A stretch of 64,000 nucleotides of DNA. Source: Takakia lepidozioides. Taxonomy: Eukaryota > Plantae > Bryophyta. Shown piece by piece: positions 50,490 through 63,300 of the stretch. Location of the stretch: the NCBI GenBank assembly GCA_030704615.1, contig CM060731.1, forward strand, positions 15,562,001 to 15,626,000, written 5' to 3'. Under the pieces are notes generated by a model. It searched no databases, was not told the DNA's origin, and worked only from the letters and a program-made list of their open reading frames with translations. The translations under genes were made by a program, and so were the position numbers. Position 1 is the first letter of the stretch. The number at the start of each line of letters is the position of its first letter.

Positions 50490-53060
50490 TTGACAGAGGT
50501 GCCACTACTTGCTGGGGAAAGTGCCGGTACGAGCACTAGCGATACTAGCGGGTATACGAGACGAGGCGTGCGATTTAGGCCACCTTCACCTCCTGTGTTT
50601 TCTACGGAAGGTTCTGATTCGGATTGTGATATAGGAGAACTCACACCAGCGGTGCAAGTTGTTTCCTTGCCATTGTTGTGGGACACAATGGAGGAGATGT
50701 ATGGAGCCACCAAGGGGCCACGAAGATACTCTGAGGCGGTGGGCACCATTGAGTTGGATGATTTTATCCAAGAGTTTGATAGTTGGTGTGACTTGTAGCA
50801 AATGCGCAATCCACAATTGTAAACGCCTTTCATGGCATGGAAGGGGCTGTTTCAACACCTTGAGGGGCCGCCCATGGATGATTACCATGAGTTTAGGCGG
50901 GGGCACGATGTTGAGATTGAGGAGTGGAGGATGTACTGATCACCCGACTATGTCTCCATCACTAGAGGCACTAGAGGCACAAGGGCAGCAGCCACACCGG
51001 CATCTGCAACAACAACTTCCACGAGCATTAGTGGGACTAGTGGTACAGCAACTACGACGTCCACCCAAACTACTGCTGCACCAGCACCAGTGGCGGTGCC
51101 TGCCTTCAACCCTGTTGTGGAGTTCTTCAAAGAGTTGAGAAGGAACTACTAAGGGGTGATGACATAGAAGTTAAGAAGCTTGCAAGAGTTCCAACGGAAG
51201 CATATTGAGAGCTTGAAGGAGGCTCTCACTCGCATGAGGCGCTTGATAAATGTACCCCAAGGGGTTACGGAGGCTCAGGCAGTCCAGTTTTGGTACGGGA
51301 TATTGGACAAGGAGCTAAAGAGAAGGGTGCAGGATGCAACTCTCCTACAAGCGGCCCAACCCACCTTAGCAAATGTGTTTTTATTGGCAGAGCGGATAGT
51401 GGTGGAGGAACGAATGGTCATGGTGGGATTTGTTAAGGAGGTACCACGGGGTAGTGGTGCTTCTAGCCAGCCACTACCTCAACGTGCTCAAGGCAACAAG
51501 GGGGCTCAGGTGAAGCCCAGGGAAGGGCAAAGAGGACCTCAGATGCATGGGTCTCTCCCTTCATTTGCAAGCCAACAACGGGCGGATGTGGTGTGTTGGA
51601 CATGTGGAGGACCCCATGTCAAGAAGGATTGCCCAGAGGGAGACAATGGCTTGGCACCGGCACAGCTTGCACAGTTGCAGTGTGGGCATGGTGGCAAGTA
51701 TGGGCATGGAGAGGCCCAGTGCTATGGTTTGCATCCTGAGTTGCGCCCAGGCCAGTTCCAAGGGAACAATGGTGGCCGAGGGTGAGGTGGAGCAGCCTAG
51801 AGAGGACGAGGTGGCTAGGCACGAGGTGCAAGCCAAGGGCAAGCTCAACATGGCCAAGGACGCGGAGGTCAGGGTGGTGACCAAGGCATGGCCAACCGGC
51901 TTCAACAACTAGAGCAGAGGCTCGCTGCCATGGCCACAACTCAGGTGGTACCGGCTCCAAGGCCGGATGGTCCACCTCCTGCTCCTAAGGGTGGAAATAT
52001 GGGAGGCATGGGATTCATGTGCGGGGCAACATTACCACTAGTGAGGGGTGCCACTACCACTACCACTATGGGTGGGGCACCACTACCACTATGTGCGGGG
52101 CAGGACTACCACTAGTGCAAGTGGAGTTAGCTGCGGCAGTGACTCGAGGAGCAGCACGAATTCCTAAGCCACGGGGTGCGGAGGTGGAGTTGGATCCACA
52201 GCGTGGGGAGGCAAGCCGTCAGGCCAGGCTTCCTCAGTCATTCACATTGGCGGAGATAGTGTTGACGTCGTCCATGGCACCTAGTTCTCGCCCGACTATT
52301 ATCGAGGCGGAGATTACTATGCCATTGGGAAGAGCTACACGGGCAGCACCACTACCTAGTGTTGCCAAGGCTACAACAGCTAGTGTGCTGTTGGAGGCGG
52401 CCACAGCTGTGTGTCAGGCTCCATTGTTCTCGGCTACCATGATTGCGATGTTGGGGGTAAGACCAGCTGAGGTGTTCAAGCTGGCAACTACACTCTGTGA
52501 GAGTGGGGAGGTTACTTCATCTTCTGTGGAGATAGTGGGAGGTATAATGCCAAAGGGATCCTTGGATTTGAGGGTCAAGACTGCCACGGTGGCGCCATGA
52601 CAAGCTGCAGCTGCCAGATTGATGGAGCTGCCAGCTAGGCCAGCCATTGAGTGCGCCATGGTGACACCTGGAGTTGTCATGTTAGACAACCAAGATGACA
52701 TTTTTCTGTTTGAGTGGACCGGTAGACAAGAGGTACCGGCCACTGCGGATCTTGTTGGACTCGGGAGCTCAGCCATTGATGCTGGGCAGAGTGCTATTGC
52801 AGGCTTGGGCCTCACGGAGGCGGATATGGAGCCGTGCCCTTTCCAGATACAGACATCTCTGGGAGGATCAGAGCAGGCTGAGGCCATTGTGACAGACGCG
52901 GTCTCGTACGATGTCCTTGTTGGTGGGGCAGTGTTGTACCCCATAGGCTTCATCCTGGATTCTTGGGAGGAGTCAGCTTCCTTAAGCCTGGATGTCAGTC
53001 AGGGGAGGGCCGGCGTGTGCAGCTCCCTGTGACGTTCATAGGAGGAGTTGTGGTTGCCCA
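50490..53060 (+). pseudogene. gag: gag (two zinc knuckles) and aspartic protease of the DNMT-Gypsy element
   Basis: LDDFIQEFDSWCD, LFQHLEG, QAVQFWYGILD, CWTCGGPHVKKDC, CGHGGKYGHGEAQC; protease ILLDSGAQ (~52750) and YDVLVGG. Confidence 0.85.
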
Positions 53061-53388
53061 GCGAGGCAAGATGCCGACACTGGCAGCATTCACACCTGCA
53101 GTGACTTGGCCTGGAGAGTTGTTGGATGACAACACTCATTCGGAGGATGTGTCACCTCCGGGAGAGCAGGATGACATGTATGGTATGGCAGAGTTGCCTG
53201 CCATGGTTGCTCAGACTCCATTTTGGGGCACGAGCAAGGATTTGCAGCGGGTTGCTGATTGTCGTGTGCAACAAGCCTGCGTAGAGGCTTTTGTACCGTC
53301 AGGAGAGGAGGTTAGTGCGGGGATTGCACCAAGACCGCCTCAGTTGTCACCATTGGACACCCCGATCGTGTGGCAATGTCCGGACGAA

Positions 53389-54350
53389 GGCATTTGCCTT
53401 CTACACTTATTTGGCGGGATCAATACCGGATTGGCTGTTGTGCTACAGGTAGGTGTACGAGTTCGGTGTTACTTGTATGTGGAGAGAGATGAGACTGCAC
53501 GATGCGTCTCATTCCATCATGTTGCTCAGTTGGTGTAGCAGTACCTGAGTTGTTTGTCGGTGTCTGCAGTTCGTGGATATCAACAGACCTTGCCAGCAGA
53601 CATTTCGTTGCTAGGGGCATAAGATTTGGAGTGGGTTGGCTCCATTGATCTGGTAGTGGCAGATTGGCCTTGCCAAGGGCATTCATCAGCCGGACATGAC
53701 AATGGATTGTGAGACTCAAGGTTGGGTCTGTTTTGGGAGATGGTGCGGGTTTTGCGCCACTTACAGCTTCATCAAGTTGTATCTCCAACATATATCTTGG
53801 AGAATGTGCCACTGATGGGCGATTCTCGGGCCAGGGTGATGGCCAGTGTGCATCAAGTCCGGTCGTGGCTTGGGTCAAAAGTGTTACTGGATGCCGCTGC
53901 TGTGGGGTCATGGGCTCATCGTCCACGGCTATGGTGGACTAACTTGATGCCACCCGCACTGCTCAAGCGTGCATTTAATGGGGTGCAGCGGCCAGCACAC
54001 CTCATAGTGGATAGCATTTTGGACACAGGGAGGCAGTCTCAGCGTATGAGACACGATGACCATATGCCTTTGGCAGTGGTCAATAAGGTGGGTCAACCAC
54101 GAGCAGCACTATCTACACTGCTCATCTTCCCATGATCGCATGCTTTTCGAGATAGTAGACCTGGCTTCATGTGGGATACTCAGCTGCAGCAGTTAGTGGA
54201 GCCTAATGCCGACGAGCGAGAGTGGGCTATGGGTTTTTCCACTGGGACCACGGTGGTGCCTTCTCTTTCTAAGGCATCACGTCGTCAGGTGTTGGGGCAA
54301 GCGATGGATCTCAATTGCTTGACTTGGATTATCAGCTTGGCTATGGCTGA
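53389..54350 (+). pseudogene. DNMT3-like C5 DNA cytosine methyltransferase domain inside the retroelement polyprotein
   Basis: One frame contains motif I LFGGINTG (53407), II YVE, IV WPCQG (PC 53668-53673), LFWEMVRVL, VI ENV (53800), VIII AHRPRLWWTN (53914), IX EREWAMGF..GTT and X RRQVLGQAM. Broken only by stops at 53536, 53620, 53710 and 54133. Confidence 0.92.
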
Positions 54351-54699
54351 GCAACGTAGAGTGCGGAGTGCATTTCCCTTGACGGTCTCTCTGCCTACCG
54401 AGACGGTACAGGCAGTGAGTGGGGGCGAGCCGGTGAGGACCACGGGGTGTAGACATCCATGGCACACGTGGGAGGTGCTCGAGGTTCAGAGGGAATTAAC
54501 AGCCAAGGTGGCTGTGATGGATGAGGTTGGGGATTCTTCTCGGATTGAGGAGGTCCTCAAGGATGAGATGATGGGGCAGGATGAGGCCTTATTATTGATT
54601 GAGCAGGGAGGGAGTACCGCTCAAGAGGTTGTGGCATAGCAACCACGGGACGCGTCCTCTACCTGTAAGTCTGCTGGAGGTTGCAGTTACGGAGGACAA

Positions 54700-57505
54700 T
54701 TGGGAGCCTGACATTGGACCCATTGTCAATGGAGGAGAGAGACGACGTATACGGCGGTTCCTGAGGGCTTATAGGAATTGCTTTGCCTTCAGTTTGAAGG
54801 ATTTGGGAGCACTGAGAGGTCAGGAGATTCGTATTGAGTTGGCCACGGACACGCCAATCTTTCGGAGACCCTATAGATACAGTGACATGGAAAGGTCTTT
54901 GATTCAAATGAGCGGTGATGCCAGCCAATAAAGATGTCTATGGCAATTGGACGGAGAGACGTATGTGCAGTGATTACCGGCCTGTAAATCGTCAGACCAA
55001 GTCCGATAAGTATGCCATGCCCACACTAAAGGAGATCTTTGATGCCATTGGGCATGCCAATGTAGCATTTTGGACTTGCGGTCCGGATATCACCAGTTGT
55101 CGATCAAGGAGGCGGACAAGCAGAAGACGACATTCTGGGGGATCAATGAGCACGGGAAGGATTGCCTATATCAGTGGCGGTTCTTACCATTCGGGCTTAA
55201 GAACGCTCTTGCAGAGTTCCAGAGAGTCATGGACATGATTCTAGCAGGGGTAGACTTTGTTTGGTGCTACATAGATGACATCATCATCTTTAGTGTTACG
55301 GTGGAGGAGCACGAGAAACACCTTCAGGTGGTGTTTGAGCGTTTGAGAGCGCACGGATTGAAATTACATCCGGGGAAGTGCAGGTTCTTCCACAACCAGA
55401 TTGAGTATCTGGGTCACATGATATATCCTAGAGGATTGGGGGTGTAGCAGACTAAGGTAGAGGCCATCGCACAGATTCCACGCCCCACGGATATGAGCCG
55501 AATTCGAGCTTTCATGGGGTTGGCAAACTACTATAGACGGTTTGTCAAGGGATTTAGTGCTATTGCAAAGTCTCTGACCAAGCTGACCAAGGTAGGCCAG
55601 GAGTGGCAGTGGGAAGATGAGCAAGAGCGAGCTTTTCAGGAGCTCAAGGCGAGGTTGATCTCGGCGCCCATCTTGAGACAACCTATCAGGGGGCGTCCCT
55701 TTCAGCTGCATACAGATTTGAGCATGTTGGGGTTTGGAGCGGTGCTCACAAAGGTGGATGATGAGAGAAGAGAGTTCGTAGTGGCTTATGCAGCCACTCG
55801 AACAATGCTGCAGAGTCTAAGTATAGCTCATATGAAGGGGAGTGCTTAGCTGCAGTGTGGGCCGTGATACACTTCAGGTGTAATCTATACGACAATCTCT
55901 TCACTCTTGTCACGGATCACCAGTCACTCAAGTGGTTGATGAACTCAGACAAGCTTACGGGGAAGCTTGCACGGTGGGCATTTATACTCCAGGAGTATGA
56001 CTTTCAGGTTGTGCATCTACCGGGTTTGGTCAATAGGGATGCGGTTGGATTGAGTTGCAATCCACGTACGAGCCAGCAGGATGACACAGGAGCTTGGTGG
56101 CATGGTGAGACGGATGAGGAGATGGTGCCGGGATGACATGCATCTGCCTTTTTGAGTATCTTGGCATCGGGAGGTCAGGTTGGACCTACAATAGGAATGA
56201 CTGTAGACGGAGTGTCTGAGGACCCTGAGGCTAGCGATGAGCCAGGTGGTACCAGAGATATACATGAGGATTCGGTTGTGTTGGATTATCTCCGCACTGG
56301 AGACACGACAGCTAGTGCGACTGCTAAGGAGAGGGATCGGATCCTACAACGAGCCAAGAGGTTCAAGTGGGAGGGGATACACCTGCTTTGAGTGTGGGAG
56401 GATGGTCGGGTGAGGATCGTGCCTCATCCAACACAGCGTGCACGGTTAGTGCGGCATGCCCATGAGGAGTTGGGGCATTTTGGAGTGCGACGCACTCATA
56501 GTTTACTGCAGGGGCAGTATTGGTGGCGTGGTATGCACACAGAGGTGCAACAGTTTGTGGCTAGGTGCATGGTGTGTGACAGGGTGCGTGCTTCATTCAA
56601 CGCCCCTACACCACAGTTGCATCCATTACCCATCATGGGATTGGGCTACATGTGGAGTCTTGACTTCGTAGGGCTTTTGCCACTTACGATGCGTCACCAC
56701 AGACATGTGTTGGTGTGTGATAAAGCCTTGATAGACCACCGTACCACTTCTCGGGATCATCCTGAGGCCGATGGCTTGGCAGAGAGAGTGGTGCAGACGG
56801 TGAAGAAGGGTTTGCGCAAGTATGGTTTGCAAAAGAGACATCTAGGAGATTGGGATCTTCAGGTACCTTGGTTAGCCATGGGCTACAGGTTTAGCAAACA
56901 AGCATCATTTGTCTCCTTCTCACCATATTTCCTTCTCTTTGGCCAAAAGCCAGATTTGCTTGTGTCTATTCGCAGGGAGGCTGCAGTAGTCCTCAACCTT
57001 GATGATCCGGATGTGTGGACACAAGCATGTGCCCAACGGGCAGAGTTGTTCAAGAGGGTCATGCCTATGGCTTTTGAGAATCTTGCTATTGCCCAACACC
57101 GAGACACATTGAGGTGTGCCACTATACTTGGAGGGGGATATCGGCCAGGTGTTCGGCGTTTCCACCTTGGGGACTATGTGTATCTGCAGCAGACAGCGCC
57201 TACGACCTTGGATGTCACAGCAGGACGTGTGATTCTAAGGGTCAGGGAGGTGTTGCCTTCAGGAGTGTTGATTCTGGAGGGTCGAGATGGTATGGTATGG
57301 AAGGACCATGTGCGTAATTGTGCACCATGTCACCTTCCACATGTGGATGGGAGGATAGATCCCAACCTTGCAGTGGTACCTGCAGGGTTGCGTTGCATGC
57401 TATGTGGGCATGTTCGTGGTGCCGCCGCTATGCTGGTGTGTGATTGATGTTCAAGAGGTTGGCACATAGGATGCGTTACACCACCTCTTGGGAGGGTTCC
57501 TAACG
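54700..57505 (+). pseudogene. pol: RT, RNase H, integrase (internal deletion) and truncated PHD finger of the DNMT-Gypsy element
   Basis: RMCSDYRPVN, DLRSGYHQ, LPFGLKNA, YIDD (~55268), FQLHTD, TDHQ, H-GH-C-C, DGLAER, CMLC...VCD*C...HIGC. Compared with the 5.6-8 kb copy it lacks ~55 aa of the integrase core and the last PHD Cys pair. Confidence 0.93.
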
Positions 57506-57653
57506 ATGGGGTAACTCTTGTACCCGACCTCTTGATCTATCAAGTTTGAGTGTAGTAGGGACAGTGGTGGAGGACTTAGTGAGGCTATGGCCACTATCAC
57601 ATCTTGTAGCTATCTGGACTTAGAGGGACCTAAGCGCCAGCTAGGGGGGCGAT

Positions 57654-57880
57654 TGTGATGGATTAGTGGCAGCCTAGTGATGGACTAGTGGTTGCACTAG
57701 TGGTGGCTAGTGACAGCCCAATGGTTGGACTAGTGGCTGCACTAGTGGTGGCTAGTGGCAGCCCAGTGGTTGGACTAGTGGCTGCACTAGTGGTGGTTAG
57801 TGACAACCTAGTGGTGGACTAGTGGCTACACTAGTGGTGACTAGTGGTGCACTAGTGGTGGACTAGTGATAGACTAGTGT
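57654..57880. repeat. CTAGTGG-based tandem array (10-12-bp subunits, ~45-bp higher-order unit) in the 3' terminal block
   Basis: Repeated GGACTAGTGGCTGCACTAGTGGTGGCTAGTG(G/A)CAGCC. Confidence 0.9.
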
Positions 57881-58651
57881 TTGGTGTGCACATGTGTTGT
57901 GTGGTTTTGGACAGCGATGTAGTTGTGTAGCAATATGTATGCACACGACAAACTCGTTAGATAGTTTGTGTTCTTATAAGATAAGAGGTTGGACTTTCTC
58001 CATTTTTGTATGTATACTTAAATTACGAAAACCATAATAAAATGGGCAATCAACGTTCTCCACATGAATCTCAAATGTTCCCAGGTAATTTGCCTACAAG
58101 GCCATCTAGTGGCATAGGTCATGGCCATTTTATTTAAAATGCATGCGTATCCTCGAATATTCTTAACAAAATCCAAAAACGACGTCATCTGGAGAGAGAT
58201 TCTATTGAGAGCGTGACAGTTTGTGAGCTAAGTGAGGATGACAAGGTAAAAAGAAAAAGGGTTGGGCTAGGGTTTCTAGCATTTTTCGGCATTGAAATAA
58301 CCTTGGCTATCTACTTTTGGCGACACTGATCCCTGGGGGGTCACTCTTTATAAAATATCCATATCACGTTCGTTCGCCGCTAATAAAAATAACCCCTGTA
58401 TACGGGTCCTTAGATCATTTATACCCCCTCTATACATATATTTTGAAGATTATAAAACCCCCTCCTGTAAATATATAGAAATTTGTAATTTCTATATATA
58501 TTTATAATTTTTAAAAAGTACCCCCCGTTGTATGTATATTTCTTTTTTTAATCATTAAAAAATACCCTCAAATATATATATGTATTTTTATTTTTATTAT
58601 ATCAAGTTTATTCTTCTAAAAACAGACCTCGGCCTGTACTACTATGTAGGT

Positions 58652-59038
58652 CCAAATTTTATGAAACCAAGTCGGTGCATCCCTACTCAGTGAGGGCTTT
58701 CCAACGGTACCAAAATCGTGGCTAGAGGCCCAACGGTTTGGGAGATCTCAAAGACCCTACAAACAATATTGTGTTCATGCCATATTTGAAAATAAAACCC
58801 AATTATTTACATTTATGTCTCCGTGTACAAAGGATAAATACAGGGCCAGTAATTGTTGCAAGAAAGCCCATTTTGCTATTTTTTGCGAGTTTCCAACGAC
58901 CAAAAATACTTGAAATTTCATATCTCCCACACCGCAAGTTCCAAAATTATGAGACCAAGCCGGTGCACCCCTCCTCATCGAGGGCTTTCCAATGGTACCA
59001 AACTCCAGGGCTGGGCCCCGCGGTTGGGGAGATCTCAA
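58652..59038. repeat. Pair of ~100-bp direct repeats (58652-58752, 58941-59038), probably subterminal repeats of a non-autonomous DNA element
   Basis: CCAAAnTTATGAnACCAAGnCGGTGCA...GAGGGCTTTCCAAnGGTACCAAA...GGGAGATCTCAA occurs twice. Confidence 0.75.
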
Positions 59039-60360
59039 CAATGATACAAAACAAAACATTGTCTTTCTTGTCTATTACTGTTTAACATTGTCTAAATTTC
59101 AAGAATCGCGGACTAGCCTAGTGGTATGGAGTTGGTTGCGGTGTGCAAGTGGTCTCAAGCTCAAATCGGCATTGCGATATATACATATCTTCAAAGTTTT
59201 CGAAAAATTCAAGGCACCATGAAATTTAAACCCGCAATGAGAGTCGTGACAATGGTGACCCTTACCACTACACTACCCTCCTAATCATGCAAATCCCTTG
59301 ATGTAGACTTATATTTAAAGTGTTGCTTACCTCCCCTATGTATGTATAATGTTGTACATGGGGGGGTTAAAAATACCCCCTCCTTGCACGCATGTGGCTG
59401 GTACAAGTTGGCTAGGGTGCCCCCCCCCCAGGCACTGATCACTCTTGGTGGCACGCTGGTTTTGCCAAACCAAACAAGTGGCATGCTAAACAATACTGGT
59501 TTTGTAAAAAATACATGCTGCTATACATGCTGCCATGTATTTAGAAGAAGGTGACCAAAGCACATTGAGGCCATGTCCCCCCCACCCAAGGCAACCACCC
59601 AATTCCAGGTCCACAAACCAATTTGAAAACTTTATATTGGTGTTTATTTATTCTTATTTATTTCCACTTGTTGTTACCTTCTTCATTGGCTTAGTATAGG
59701 CAAGGCTACAAAGGATTCCCCAACAACATATGAGCTCAAATTGGGAGTATGTTTCCATTAGGGTCTAATGATGGCAACAGTGAACTCATGTACATGAAGA
59801 AGATGAGGTGAGGTGCATTGGTGATGCCAAGCTATTATACAAGTGCAATTAACAAAATTGGAAACTTAGAAATATGTGAGGCCCTTCCTTGAACATTGTG
59901 GTCTATGAAGCAGCAACAGAAGCTGTGATTGAGATTTAAAAACAAAGAAAAAAAAAAAACATGGACAGAGGCCCTGGAATTTTATTAATAAGACAAGGGA
60001 AAAATAACCTTACAAAAGCCATAGAGGCTGATTGAGTTTAGTTTCCGGGGGGGATGGCCGCCAAGGGATCCACAGGTTGCGGTGAGAGGCAAGCCAGGGA
60101 CTTAGAACTTTTCTCAAGCCCAAGAAACCCACTCCGCTCCCTCATGCTCATCTTGATCTAACCGAGTCAGTGCGCTCATCAGTCGTATCATCAGGCTGAA
60201 TAACCCCCTCCTCCTATGCCATTTCTTCTTCTTATGTGTTATCAATCCAACCCCAGGCGGGCTAGGACCTGCCCTTTTCTAGGGTATGCTGCCTCTACAC
60301 GTCTCCCCATCTATCCTTCCACTCCATCCTTCTCTCTCCCTGGGTGACAAGTCCTAATCA

Positions 60361-63300
60361 AGCACGTACACTCATTGTTTGATCTATGACTTGATTAGCT
60401 TGCATTGCTGGTCTAATTCATGTTTAGCGTCAAGGCTGCATGCGTCCTCCACAATCACCTCATCTCCCATCACCTTGGCGGCTCATTATTCCTGCCAGCC
60501 TCTCCAAGGTACTGCAGTACTCCCCTCCTACTCTAAGCTTCCCAAAAAAAGCGTGCCTCTGGGTACGCGCACCTTGCTTAAAAGTCCCATCAGATCGCCG
60601 TTATCGCCTCTGCTTCTGTCTGTCTTCGGTGCTCCCCGGCTGTGTTCACTGCTGGCAGCTCCTCCTCTCTTCAAAGAAGGTCCCTCCCCCAGTGCTTGCC
60701 ACCCCGGCGACTCATGTTGGCCTACATCGCTCTGTGGTCATTGATCACCCCCCCCCCCACCCCGCCTCCGCCTCGCAAGCGTATTGGGCTGCCCTTCATT
60801 GCCGGCCGAATTCACCCCCGTTAGAGGTTCCAGTTTCTTTACTTCTGGCGGCCTGGTGCTCCTCCCAGATCCTTCTACCTTCTGACGCCTCGCTCCACTG
60901 CCTCGCTTCTGCCCTTAGCTTCTCTCATTTAAAAAAAAAAGGTGATACCTCGCCCTCTCTGTGGCCGTTCCTTTGTTGCTATCTTGTGCCCTGCTCTCCT
61001 GTTCAGCGATTGCTCCTCTCTCTCTTGCCAATGGCGTCCCGAGGTGCCCCCTCCCGCAAGAAAAGTACGGGCTTAGGAACAAGCTCTAGAGGCAGGGGAA
61101 ATTGGGTCCATCGTATCTCCACCTCCACTTTTGTCAGTTCAATTCTGGGTAAAGGTCCTGAGATTGGAGGTCCTTCGCAATGTCTGGACATGGTCCCTTG
61201 GGCGGAATCAGTGGCTTCCAACACTAATTCTCAGGATGTTATACCGCTTGATCTAGAATGCCTTAGAGCTCACTCCACAAAAATGATGCAGCATGGAATT
61301 CTGATTCATTTCCCAGGGCGGCCTAGGGACAAAGAGGGGGCGAGAAAATGGATCATAGAGCATCTGGGCGCGGAAGGCAGCTTGACACACCATTTCTGTC
61401 ACGCAATGGGAAGAGGATTCTACACTGTCAAATTTGGATCCAAGGAAGAGGCGGATCGTGCCCTGGCGTTCAACACTCGCAGATCGAGGTTCAAAGTGCA
61501 CATCTTTCCGTGGTCGCCGGCATGGGGACACAAGGACGGCGCCACCTGCAAGCCAAGGATTATCGCTCTGCCCTTTCTCCCGGATAATTATTTGGCCTCT
61601 CTCCCGGAGATAGGAGCACACTTTGGTTCCTACATAGGTTGTTTGAACGTCTTTGATCTTATCGACGATGCAGTCTTGAGTGTGGATCAGGATCCGGCCC
61701 TGTTTGATTCGGGCAAGGACAGTGATGTGCCTAAGATAGTAGTGCTAATGCCATAATCAGCAAAGATTGGTAATGCGATCAAGCTACCAATTCTCGACGG
61801 TTCCTTTATTTCTGTCCAAATCAAAAAAGAAATGTTGAGCATTATGTGTTTTGAGTGCACTGGGTAATGACATGTTTAAGCTGACTGCCCACATCGACAT
61901 AAAGGTGATTCCAAGATACACAACGAAGCCCCCCCGCCTGGATTGCCACTGCCAGAGACCAGAAGTGTGCCCGAGACCTGGCTCTCCCCTTCACGCTCTT
62001 TGGATGCAAGCACTGTGGCGGCCTCGCTCCCCACACTCTCGCTAGAACGGATTGCAAAATGCAAGCGAGCTGGCTCGCCCTCAGTCTTCTCTCCACCACC
62101 GAGGCCTCGTCTCATATTGCTACCAAAGAAAACCCCCCCCCCCCCCATTATCCCCCAACAGTATTTGACTTCTGCCCTTTTCTCTGACACAGAAGATGAG
62201 AGACTGATCAACTTTGGCAACTAGGTGCATGGATCTCCGATCCTTTGCAAATTTGAAGCTTTGTGAATGGACTCTAGAGAACGATGTGAGGTGTAGCCTT
62301 GCTGTGATCAAGGTCATTCCAATAATCTATGGCATGTTAGCTAGACCTAACCTCCCCCCCTCCATTATGCTGACTAATGGCTCGGAGGGCTTGGCAGGAT
62401 CTTGGGTTACTAAGCACCATGCTACATACTACCCGGAAAAACTCTGTCTTAAGCTAGTGGGCAACCTCTTCGCTGAGATGCCCTTCTAGTTCCATCTTTC
62501 CAGCAAAACCACGGTTCATTTCGGGGCTTTCTGGGACAACACCACGGATTTTGACTCGGCCTCAACGGTTCATGTGCTGATGGCTTTCAAATGGGATCAA
62601 GATATCATGAGCGAAAAGCCAAGCTCGACCTCCTTTTCTTAGGCCACAAAGCAGTCATTGTCAGACGGATCCTCAGATGGCGCCCCATCCTCGGGCAACT
62701 TCCCATCCTCTGGAGGCTTTGCAAGGAGCATCGAGGCTCTCAAGGCAGGCTTCACCTTGGCAGACGCCATCCTCGGTTTCATTGCTGCTCCAGTTCCATC
62801 GCCAGCTCCGTCCCCAAATATTCACAAGGACTCAGAGGTGGGTTCCAGCCTTAACGCAGGCTCATCCATGAAGGCCACACTATCTCGCCATCCGCCCCTT
62901 CTCCATCCACTGTTGGGGGCTCATCGTCCTTGCTGCAGCCAGGTGCATCGACAGGAGGTGTAATCAATTATTCTCGGACTTCGACCTCTCCTGGGCAAAA
63001 ACCGGCATCCTCTACACCAGGATCTCGGACTCGTGAATCACTTGGCATGATGCCATCCCCTAGGAATGGCAAATCCCCTGCTGAGTCGGAGGACCTGATG
63101 TCAACTGGAAACATCTCAATCTGTGTGCGGCTAAGTCGAAGCTCCAACTGAACTTTGGTGGCTAGTCATCTTCGCTGGTTTTGTGATAGAATCCCATCAC
63201 TATCCCCCCCCTCCCCCCGCAGCTGCTTAAGAGCCATATACTTCGGCTGATTTTTATTTGGGGTGGCCTTACTCGTGGTTAGGCCTCGTGGCAATTCCCC

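Larger units (their letters stand above)
48013..57950 (+). mobile_element. Full-length (decayed) Ty3/Gypsy-type retroelement encoding gag-PR-DNMT-RT-RH-INT-PHD
   Basis: Termini TGTC (48013) and GACA (57950); TSD AACT at 48009-48012 and 57951-57954; PPT at 57639-57653; the 5' end is homologous to block Y and the 3' end to block X of the copy at 5566-8762. Confidence 0.9.

Noticed and set aside
5544-57165. Numerous 60-180 aa ORFs antisense to or overlapping TE and host genes
   Set aside because: Shadow frames of recognised coding regions with no independent motifs.
48013-57950. DIRS/Ngaro tyrosine-recombinase element (suggested by split repeats and a methyltransferase)
   Set aside because: It encodes an aspartic protease and an HHCC/DDE integrase, has a TSD, shows no YR motifs, and the MTase is C5-type rather than the DIRS adenine-MTase-like domain.
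58633-59122. Non-autonomous Helitron
   Set aside because: A CTAG end is present but there is no convincing 3' hairpin or TC start at an A|T site; kept only as a repeat pair.
60440-61030. N-terminal 197 aa of the 438-aa ORF as real protein
   Set aside because: Low-complexity C/T-rich 5' UTR-like sequence; ORF1 similarity begins only after the ATG at 61031.
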